Made by a program: the position numbers and the translations under genes. From Acanthaster planci (lineage: Eukaryota): a stretch of 64,000 bases of DNA. Of this stretch, positions 53,580 through 64,000 are shown piece after piece (the first letter of the stretch is position 1; each line of letters starts with the position of its first letter). The stretch spans positions 974,381 through 1,038,380 of the forward strand of contig NW_019091359.1 of NCBI RefSeq assembly GCF_001949145.1, written 5' to 3'. The notes under the pieces were generated by a model. That model searched no databases, was not told the origin of the DNA, and saw only the letters and a program-made list of their open reading frames with translations.

Positions 53580-53888
53580 TCGGGTGCCCGGCGGAAGGGC
53601 ATAAGCGCACTAAGGCCCTTTTGCCGGGAAGCATGATCACAGCAGAAAAAATGTTCCCGGATATAATTTACTACAAAATCAACCTGGGCTGTACAAAAAG
53701 AAACCTTTGAGCAACTTATTAAAGGACCTGGGCATTTTTTTTTTTACATTTTGCCAAGAAATCTTCATATTTAATTAAAATACAATAGTTGCATACTTTC
53801 GTCCTTTTGCCGCGAGAAGTGTTTTTGCAGTGATCATGCTTTCCGGCAAAAGGGCCTAAGCGCTTACGCCCTTCTGCCGGGCACACGA
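53580..53888. mobile_element. MITE with ~65-bp TIRs
   Basis: tcgggtgcccggcggaagggcataagcgc...catgatcacagca mirrored by tgcagtgatcatg...gcgcttacgcccttctgccgggcacacga, around an AT-rich core. Confidence 0.8.
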
Positions 53889-54748
53889 CGAATTACATGT
53901 TTCAAACAGCCCTAGAGTGTACTGTACCCCTACTTGTCACCTACCAGCTTGGGTGCCTGTTTCATCCCAGTACATCTTCTGTGCTTTCTTTCTCCACAGC
54001 AGCCTTCAACTGCAGACCAAAAAAAGGAGAAAAGTTCAACAAATTTAGGAACTTTTGCTTTTCAAGAGAACAGTCCAGCAATAGGCAGTGTACATGTACA
54101 TGAAGATCAAAAGGAAGCCAAGCGTAGAACTCTGCAGTGTTATAACAAGTAGTGAAAGCAATACCAATGTTCAATGTGGGCAACTCAACAAGGATATCAG
54201 AAATATGTAAGACTCAATAATGGGTCCAACGGAACACCATGGGGGTGTTCTACCAACTGATCTAGGAAGGGCAGATCCAGAACCAAATTTTTTTTGGGGG
54301 GGGGGAAGGGGATAAAAGTTGGAAATTTTTTCAGGTACCCTTTATGATTTTTCTGCGGGATGACACTACATTTTGGGGCCCTTTCATGTCTTTAGCAGGA
54401 AAAGCAATGAAGTACCAGTCGATGGAAATAATTTCCTTATTTATCATTATTTGAAAACCAAAAATGGGTCCTTTTGCGAAGGCACAGCTCTTGTTGCCTC
54501 CATACATCTCCCCATCTACCCTTGGGGCTATCAAGTACATGTACATGTACCAAGGCGTGCTGGTAATACACACTAATATGTCCTTGGCTCTTTTGTCCCA
54601 AGTCACGTTGATAAGCAAAGCAAACTTAGTTCAAACCAGGGTTCACGATAAGCTGGCCAACATTCTGTACTGGTACATCCACGTGGACACAGCAGAACTA
54701 CCAGTATACATGTAGATAATAGCCTAAAAGAAATTCAACGTGAACTTG

Positions 54749-54953
54749 GGCCGTTTTCCAAAACCAGTCCCTGACTGTAGGCCTGAAGGGTTTAAATTAC
54801 GTTGGATTACTGAAATTTTAGGCTTTCTTGCATCTTATTAGATGTTTTGTGGCACTATTAGACTGATTACTGCGCTTACAGCTTCAAAGTCAGCTAGTAC
54901 AAAAAACAGTTGAAGCCTAAGACGGAGCCGAAGTTGAGTATTGGAAAACGGCC
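54749..54953. mobile_element. MITE, Harbinger-like TIRs
   Basis: ggccgttttccaa / ttggaaaacggcc. Confidence 0.65.
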
Positions 54954-57679
54954 TTAGTCACAACAGTGGTAACTGCTTTAAATGGCTGTTGAAGCTGTGT
55001 TCTCTCCACCTTCACCTGTTATCTCCATTGTTTGCTACACTGTAAACATGTCATGCTATCCCTCGTTATCAGGATATTAATGCCATTAACTTCATCTACA
55101 GCAGTGCAAAGTCAATGTCACATGTTCCTTCAATACATGTACTGGTGTGCGTAAACAAGCCCAAACAAGCCCGGCAAAACAACACAAAGACATCAATTTT
55201 ACTGTCTCGTTTGCTGACTAAATTTTCAAAGATAAGGTCCTTGGTACATGTATGTCACCTCCCCAAATTTCAGGCCAAATGTACCGGTAAACGTACATTT
55301 TGTAGGTTTTCCTCAACTTTTTGTGCACTGCACTTGTGTACCAGAGAGCAAAGTCAAGCGATGCAAAAGTTGACACTTGAAGGGTCAGCAATACAAATTG
55401 ACAATCCAGTATTCTGGTGGCATCACTGTTTGGAAAATGTACAGAAACACAGAGTTGATAAGGCTTCTGCATAGGCAGCATTGCAGCTCAGCAGCTTTCA
55501 ACAGACATACATGTACATGTACTTTAATGACAATTTGTAGTAATCAAGAAAACACCTGTTTTAGATTAAAAGGTATCAACATGTTGAACTGAAGGAGATT
55601 TCAGCTGGTTGTTTAATGTTAAAATTCTCTTTCTATACAGTATTTTTTCCAAGGAGATAACCTTAGCAGCACACAAGCTGGTGCTAACAGACGTTTAACA
55701 CAAACAAAATACACCCACTGCCCTGAATGGAAATTTTTTGAGTCAAGATACAATTTTTTTATAATACAATATGTGACCCAACCCAACGAACCAAGCTCAA
55801 AATTGCCAGAGCCACTAGAGAGCTAAAAGGCCTTCAACAGTTAGAAGAATCTTACTAAACGTAAAGAGTAGGAAATTTTCACATTTTCACTGGACACCAA
55901 CCTGAAAGATTCATGACTTTGTCTAGCTATTTGAGGGAAGTTATTTTTAGATTAGTTTCTGCTTTAGAGGTGTACACACCATAGTTCTGGTATAAAGGTC
56001 ATGGAAAAACTGAATTTATATGAAATCCATCCTTTGTGTAATTTTTAGGGAATTTTTTAGAAGTTCATTGATTCTATGTTTCTCTGAAACTAGGAAAAAG
56101 TGAACAAATTTGTATTAAATTTACTGCCATTATTTTTTCTAGGAAACTGGGAATTCTATTAATTTTATGACAAAATGTGTTTCTAATAGTCTAGCTAGAT
56201 TGAAACAAGGAAATATGTCCCCAGAATTTATTGGAAAGTTACCTGGGTCTAATTTTAAAAACCTTTTGGATTTTTTGATTACCGCAGAAGGCCAAACAGT
56301 GCAAGATTGATTATTGGGAGTACCTGTAAATGTAGACTACAACTATGCATCTGAGTGTGGGTTGATGATCAGGAAATCAGAAAAAAATTCGGAGATTGAA
56401 AAGTACAGTTTTTACACGTAAATCTTAATTCCTCGTTCCCATTATCAAGTTCAAGAGTGATAGATCAAGGTTTACGTAATGCTCTGAAACAGGTCTTGGA
56501 TCTACTCATGGTTTTTCGGGGGGGGATGGGTCTATGCTAAGGCCAATACAAAATCCACGAGTGAGCAAAGTGAGGTATATGTATTACCAAAAAACCTAAA
56601 ACAAAAAAATAACCAAAAAAAAAAACACAAACCCAATAGAAAAATGTGTACGAATGCTTAGCAATACAAACGACATTATGGCACCTATGAATTTAACAAA
56701 GATGAAGGCACTGCTACTGTTGGTTTATGGAAGGAACACTCCACCCCTGTTGAGCTTTGACTACGCATTACGTAAATGCACATGTACACTGATTTGTTAG
56801 CTTGGAAAACCCAGTTAGACTATGGCTCACGCATGTGATGGAATGGGGTAGAATGACCAATCTCACCATATTCGAGTTTAACTTATTAAGTTACATTCCA
56901 GAAGAATTACAATTTATCGAAGAAACTGCACACCGTATTTGTGCTTCATGGGCAGGGAAATTTTTTTTCCTATTTCCTTAAAAGTTGTTAAGTCATGAAT
57001 GTTCCTGGGATAAGTCAAAAGCTTGACTCGTGCCCATTACAAATACCTCCTTTACTTTTATGCTTCTAGAAAGCAAATTCTAGAAACGTAGAGCAAAACA
57101 AAGATACCACCTAAGAAGATACCGCAAAGATACCGTGGGAAAAGGAATACAAACTAACTTATAATAAAAAAAGGCACACAGCAACAAGAGAGACTTCGGG
57201 GGTGCCTTCCAAATTTAGTATTGAAATCACACAAAGCAAATGAGTATTTACAAAGATATCCAAAAGGCAAATTAACAAATGTAGATAAATTACAATACCG
57301 GGTAACACTCACAAGTAATAAGACCAGTGCAGGTGCGGGGCTGGAGGAGAGGGCAGGGCTAGGGCAAAGAAACCCAAACGTAAAAGTGGCTACAAAAATA
57401 AAGAAACCGAAAGAATGACCAACGCCCCAATACGCGAAGCAGTCTCATATACCTGCAGAGTGCACCCAACCAAAAAGGTAGTAAAAGAATTTGAATGGTG
57501 TACGCAGTATGCCCGCAGGTGAAGCTCGGGTATTAAGTGTTACATTAAGCTCTCATCACTGGTTGAATCAGACAGTTACAGTACAGCCATGACAGCTGGC
57601 CAATTTGGCCAAACTGGTAGACTCCCTGCAACATGTAGGCCTAGTATAAGTACTCTAGCCTTTTGTGGACCTAACGTAC

Positions 57680-58620
57680 CAGGTAGTCCGAGTAGCTGGG
57701 AGTCACCCATCCGCATGGTCCATGTCCGATGCTAAAAATGCAATTTGTAGGGTCCTAGGCCGACTAGGCCTAGTTACTCGGACTAACATAACTGGGAAAG
57801 ATTTTAGTTTAATACCCCCACCAGAATTGGTCAGGAACAGAATGTGTTCAGAGTTATATAAATGGCTGGCTCAATCTCCCATTCGCAGATTTATTTTAGT
57901 AAAACTGGTGACAAATTGGGCAGAATGTAGGCCTACCCATGAACCCTTTGAGTCACCATACAGTGCTAAGATGAGCTCTAATTCTAAGTCTAACACAGAA
58001 AAACAATCAGACAATTTCCTGACGAAAGTCTTTAAACTGAATTGAAGGTTGCATAGTTATGCCATTGCATTTTTATAATTCTGAACAAACTGGAAAGGAT
58101 TACTATCTAGCTGATGTCGGAGATTTTGCTGTTCTACACTGATTTGGAAAGGACATTACAGTAAGATCTTTCAAATAAATGTACGTTTGTAATTTGCCTA
58201 AAAAGGCCATGACTAACGTTCCTGACGTTAAACTTAGCATGCTTAGGCCCCCACGTTTCATACTACATGTACATGTAGGCCGCCTGTACATAGTATTCAT
58301 GTACATGTACATGTAGCTCACGGTGGAGCGTGGAGGAATTGATCTAGTTCACTTCAACTTAAGCCAGATTGCTACATACGAACCTGCATAACGATCTTTC
58401 TTCCTACATGTACGTGGCAAACTGCTCTTTTTATTACACAACATGCACAAACAATCACTGCCAGAAACAAGTAACATGTAGAAGGCGGATTCCGAATCTT
58501 GACAGCACTACGGTGTTGCTACCGTGAGCGTCGATTGCGTTTATCAAGCCGGCGTCAGCTCTGCCGCCGCGCTGTACACGCGGTATACGGTGCGCCTGCT
58601 CGTAAGTCTATTTGTCGCCC
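57680..58620 (-). promoter_or_regulatory. candidate 5' exons/promoter region of the MPP7-like gene
   Basis: CpG density recovers at ~58.5 kb. There is a donor-like CC|gtgagc at 58322 and a 52-nt ttttag/gtacgt-bounded segment at 57680-57731. Confidence 0.3.
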
Positions 58621-61468
58621 TCAAGAGCTACATGTATCTTGTAGCTCCATTTTAAACTTTGTCCCAAGCCCCTCTGTTGTTATTAAATTTTAACTCTTGC
58701 CATTTAATGGTCCTTCTCTCCAGTCCTTTATGAATAACTGTGAATAAATGAGTGACAATCTGTAACCAAACAAAAGCGTTTGTCCTGAAGCATTAGGCCA
58801 GCCGAGTACTGCAAGGCAGGCGCTGTTCTTGCTCATTTTTAAAGCCACATAGGCTTATATTTATAGTTATACAACTTCCATTATCACTAGAAAGGAATCG
58901 CTGACCAAAATAGAGATACAATTTAAATGGCAGAGTTTTGGGTTTACCGTCTGGAAATATATTTTTCTCGCTAAATTTTTTCAAAAGCAGAAAATTGCAT
59001 TCAAAGTTCAAATGATAACCCGTGAAGACGAGGTCGACAGTAATAAAACAAGTATTTTCTATCTTTCCATCCCGGTCGGGAAAAATTACCTAATTTTTCA
59101 TTAGACCAGTTTAATGGCACCAAGTTATCAAAGTCTCCACAGAAAAAAATTGCCATCACCAATTTACAGCAGTGACATTTTATCCTTTTCCCTTTGGCAT
59201 GGGGCATCACACTGTGTCCAATCCCACGTCGGGATATTGCCAGATAATGGTACACGGCTTGCCGCCACTGGCGCGTCATTAGACACGGGCGATGGAAAAC
59301 TCTCCAAAGAGCAAGTTCACGGTCGCAATAAACTTTGCCTAACTATATAGTAAGCTAGCGGTCTCGAAACAATTGCCTAACTTTCCTACTGTCATGCAAA
59401 CTCGTCCCTTTAATTGAGTAGTGTTCATCCGTGGCATTCAAACAAAGTTAAAACAAAATTACGCGTGGGGACGAGTTCGACAGTCCTGTTTGCGTCTTGG
59501 ACGTAATAACGGTACGGTTCGCAAAAGAAATTGCCTAACTTTCCACTAAGCGGGGTGCTCAGTAGGCCTATCTGCCTATCTCTCTACTGAACCAGCTTGA
59601 TGCTGTGAACAAAATCTCCACAGGCCATCCAGCGCCAATTTGCAACTGTGGATCCAGGAATCGGCTTTTTATTTCTTGTCTTTTCTTATCGTTACATAAT
59701 GTCCAAGCCCACGTCGCAATGTCCAGGCCCATGTCGCGATGCCAGCAGAAATGCTGGATGATGGCACGCAGCATGCAACACACGGGCGACGTGCAGCTCA
59801 AATTAATCCTGCCGTTACGCGCAACCCGAACAAGCTCAAGCCCTTACTCAGCAGACAGACATTCATATCGTGTGCCAGCTAAGGTCTGAACTGAATGCAG
59901 CACAGTGTACAAGGAAGGGGGGAAAATCACCTCAAAGTAGTCTTGAACATATCACAGATAGCCCCCCCCCATTATTTTAAAACTTTTATCAAGAATTCTC
60001 GAAACTGAGCAATCCCGCCGCGTTGTGTGGCATATGGGTTAAAAATGGCGGCGTTCACGGCGCACCGCAATACTGGCCCAAAACTTGATGTCTTTTTTTC
60101 AACCAACCAAAGCTACTCACGTTTGTGAATTAACTCCATGGATAATAGGAGTCGATATTCACCAGCGAGTCAGGACACTTTTCTCAAGTTAGGCCAAGCT
60201 GATATATTCCTTATCACTGCTTCAAAACTTTACATGGCTAATTTTTGTTAAGTTGTATGTTGTAAGTGTGCTATGCATAAAAGGCCCATCTCTCCACCAA
60301 GTCAACCAATTGTCAGGCAACAATTTGCCGCACTTCCAGTGAACCAAGTAAAAGGCATGAAAAAATATGTCTAACTTCCAAATTTGCAATTCCTCAGAAC
60401 AATCAGTCACCAAAAATTTTGCCTTAATCATATGTTTAATGAACGAGTTACCAGTCGTGAAAAATTGCCTAACTTTCCGTTGCGTAAGCCGATAGTCAGA
60501 AACAATCTGCCTAACTTGCCATCGAAGATGTTACGGTCAAAGAAAAATTGCCCAACTATCCACTGAGTCAGCTTGATACTTTGAAAAGTTTAACAACGAC
60601 TCCATGAACCTTGTCAGCCAGGTCCAATTCCAGCAGTAGATGGAAAAAGGGAAATCAACACAATTAAAACGCCAAGAGACTTGCACTAGCCAATAACTTC
60701 ATTTCACTATTCCCACTATCACTTTGGCACTGCTTATATTGTGTGCCCAAATTGTATGCAAGATACCTCACTTTGTAGTGCAGATAAAAATTATGATCTT
60801 ATCATAAACAAATTCGATGAGTTTCCACAAAGGAATGGGAAGTGTTTTCCCCCAGACACTCCTGCATATTTTTTGTTCTCAATACTGTAAATCTGCAAAC
60901 CAGATAGGGCAGATGAGGGGGAGGCACTTTATGGTTAGCTGTTAAATTAAAATGCTGTTCATTTAATCATAAAATATCGCCAACATTGGAATTTCCCATA
61001 GAATTCCCACAAAATTTGCCAAATGCGTGTTCCGTTAGCAAGCTGTCTGTCCTGAAATACGCCTCACTTGCCACTGAGCCAGCTGAAGGTCATGAACCAA
61101 TTTGCTGAGTTCTCCTTTCTGGAGCTAATAGTCATAAAACTTGCCATGAAGGAATTAACAGTCAGCAAAAGTATCCACTGAGCTACTTGATTAACAGTTA
61201 AAATATTTCCTGAACTTTCAACTGAATCAGCTTCACAATATGAAGACTTTGTCAAAGTCTGTAAGGATCAAGCCAGCCAGCTGCAATTTGCAGTAATTCG
61301 ACATCTGACACAAAAAGATGGAAAATAATATGATTAAAAAACTCCAGAGATTTTCAACTGGTCAAGTTAATTTACCAAAGTATGCTGGTGGCACCATGTA
61401 TCTAGTGCATGTCAAACTCTAGGGCATTACATTGGACTGGTCCGATGGTCTAAAACTGGTCTAAAATT

Positions 61469-61645
61469 TAATACAGGCGATTCACAATAGTGCGCCTCCA
61501 AGAGTCTGCAACACGTTGGCCAATCGCAACATGCAAAATCTGTCGACCCTTTCAAACATGCATCAGGTCGACAAATTTCCTGCATTGTGATTGGCCAATG
61601 CGTTGCAAACTCGTGGAGGGGCACTATTGTGAATCGCCCGTATTA
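61469..61645. mobile_element. fully palindromic MITE with TA flanks (Tc1/mariner-like)
   Basis: ta-atacaggcgattcacaatagtgc ... gcactattgtgaatcgcccgtat-ta. The arms pair over most of the length. Confidence 0.8.
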
Positions 61646-62894
61646 GCATAATAAGTTTTAAGCTTTTGTGAAGAATTCTTGAGACAGAGAGGAAGACAAA
61701 GATAGTTGTGTGGCAAATGGGTTAAAGCAAAATGGCTCGCCCACAGCAACATTGGCCTTGTGGAAAGAGCAACTGTCTTTTTTCTCTCCATGGTTGTGAA
61801 TCAATTCCACATATAACAGGAGTCAATATCATATCTTTGCGGCAGGGCACTTTTCTCATTTGCATGCTGATAATTGTTATCACTTGTTGAAAATGGCAAA
61901 TTCTTCATTTTAAAAGCTGTTAGTGACTTTTCATAAATATGTTGGCCATTTCTCCGCTGAGCTAGTCAAATTTTCCCTTGAGCTAGCCGGTGGTCAGGCA
62001 AACACTTGCCAAACTTCCAGTGAACCAATTAAGTCACAGAAACAAGGTGCCAAACTTAACACTAAACAGGATAAAAAATTTGTAATTTCACAGAGCCATG
62101 AATGATGATGAATCACCAAAAATTCTACCTAATTTTTATTCCAATGAGCGAGTAACCAGTCATGAAAAAAAATTGCTTAACTTTCCTTTCAGGAACCAAT
62201 GTGCATGAAACAATTTGCCTGCGGTGGCGTTGAGGAATATATGGACAGGGCAAAATTGCCTAACTACCCGTAATTGATTAACAGTAGTAAAATGTTTGTG
62301 CAACTTCCCATTGAGCCAGCTTGATAGTATGAAGAATCTGCCAGCTTCAACCGCAGCAATGGTGTCATGCCACTAAAAGAGGGAAACTGCATGATTAAAA
62401 GATACCTGAAGCCAATGAACTAGTTTCAAAATTCACAAAAGTATGTGAGTGGCACCATGAATTATGTGTACAAACTCTCTGTACTTTACAGTATATATGT
62501 CAAGTTGGACTGGTGGAACTGCCAAATTAGAAGTCACTGCAAAAGGATGATGACTTAGATAAGTATATTCATCTTATAGCCAACTTTAATTCTTGATCCT
62601 GGAGTGTTACCGGCCCCAACTCTTTTCCATGACTTGGTTTTGAGTACTGTAGACCTACACAACAAACACGCTTGGCTAACCACGGCTTTCAATTCGGTCA
62701 GCATTGGGGTATGTGGATGACTTTGTGCAAAAATAGTGAACAGAACTTCACACAGGATTTTGTACAAAAAGATTACACAAGTTGCCTTTGCTCTCCATGT
62801 ACATCTACCAACTCCCTTCCCACAAGAAAACCAAATCATGGGCACACCCCTGAAACCATGAAAAAGAATGAAATTCACTGTCATGGAATATGGG

Positions 62895-63342
62895 TACCGT
62901 AACATGGGGTAACTTTTGTCAGAGGGAGGGGTAACTTTGGTCAGTAAACACTAGAGGGTTTGAAACGTTGTTATTCTCTCAAATGCACAATGGATATGGA
63001 TGTATTAAGTATCATTTTATTCAGAAATATCATAGTTATTCATTTTTTAACATTTTTGTGGTAACCATGGTAACCATTTTTATTTTGATTTGTGAGCTCC
63101 GTTTTGAAGAAGACCAAAACCAAAAGGTGGCCAATGTTGCCCAAAACGCAGAGTAACTTTAGTCACCCCTTTTTTTAACCCTAAGACACCAATAAATTTT
63201 GAAATTCCTTTTTTTTCAGCATCAAAGTTTAGATGAGTATCACTGTGCTCTAAAAAGATGGGAAATTGAAATTGGTTGTCTTTAACTGAGAAGAAATGAT
63301 AACATCAATGTAAAAAATGGCCCAAAGTTACCCCATCTTATG
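62895..63342. mobile_element. non-autonomous pogo/Tc1-like element
   Basis: ta-ccgtaacatggggtaacttt / aaagttaccccatcttatg TIRs, with repeated ggggtaacttt subterminal motifs. Confidence 0.65.
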
Positions 63343-64000
63343 AAAGTACTTAAATTCCACAGAAATGGCTAAAAATTTGGAGGAACCCTTTTTTTCAATG
63401 GAGATTCTAGCAGTCATGATAAATTGTGCCTAACTTTCCGCTGAGTCAGCAGACGGGCGTAATTACTTTGCCTAACTCTCCTTTGACAAGCTAACGGTGG
63501 CTATGAAATAATTTGCCTAGCTTTGCATTGAGAATTAATGGTCACCAGAAAAATGCCTAACTACCCCCTGCGCCGTTACCAGATCAAAATATTTGCTAAG
63601 CATTCCAGTACCTTGACACTAGGAACAATTTTTCAATGTCCCCACAGACTTATTAAACGAGCTAAAATATGAAGTAATGGATTCAGGCTTTTTATTTCTA
63701 ATCTATTGTCGAAGCACAGCAAGATGAAGATCCCGTTTAAAACCAAAATGGCGGCGTCCATTGCAACACTACGTGTTTATAGAAAGCGTGAGTTTAGGAG
63801 CCGTTGTGCTATAAATAAATGCATGTTTGTGAATTAATTCAACGGATGAAATGAGGCAACATTTCAGCTTCGTGTCAGCTCACTTTTTGTTTTAGAGCCA
63901 TGCTGTCAGTTATTATCATTAGGCCGCTATTTGAAAATGACTTAAGCCAACCAACGGTACGGTAGTATGGCCATTTTTGTTACACAACATGTACACTTCT

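Larger units (their letters stand above)
59080..63900. repeat. diverged higher-order tandem repeat with ~41-bp-spaced TTGCCTAACTTTCC motif clusters
   Basis: Motif clusters at ~59330-59580, 60420-60560, 62170-62310 and 63425-63605, with shared downstream blocks and recurrent AAAATGGC modules. Confidence 0.75.

Noticed and set aside
59330..63610. CRISPR array interpretation of the motif-spacer clusters
   Set aside because: Eukaryotic context, short degenerate non-palindromic repeats, homologous positions between clusters, and no cas genes.

Overview
Eukaryotic, intron-rich genomic DNA, probably from an invertebrate deuterostome (echinoderm/sea-star-like; inferred from repeat families and protein divergence). 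Two spliced minus-strand genes are present. The first is the 5' half of a Wnt6 orthologue (signal-peptide exon 4216-4298 and exon 861-1090; the gene runs off the left edge). The second is a complete MAGUK p55-family gene, most like MPP7 (L27-L27-PDZ-SH3-HOOK-GK). I reconstructed it by hand as 15 phase-consistent GT-AG coding exons from 43679 to 11932 (1761 nt, 586 aa). Almost all entries in the ORF track are spurious. Introns and flanks hold many MITEs, a tRNA-derived SINE and (TACATG)n tracts. The most notable non-coding items are two Penelope-type minimal hammerhead ribozyme motifs (one sense within an MPP7 intron), a candidate 3-nt microexon between PDZ and SH3, and a diverged higher-order repeat at 59-64 kb. 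That repeat combines a conserved motif spaced about 41 bp apart with recurring YY1-type modules.
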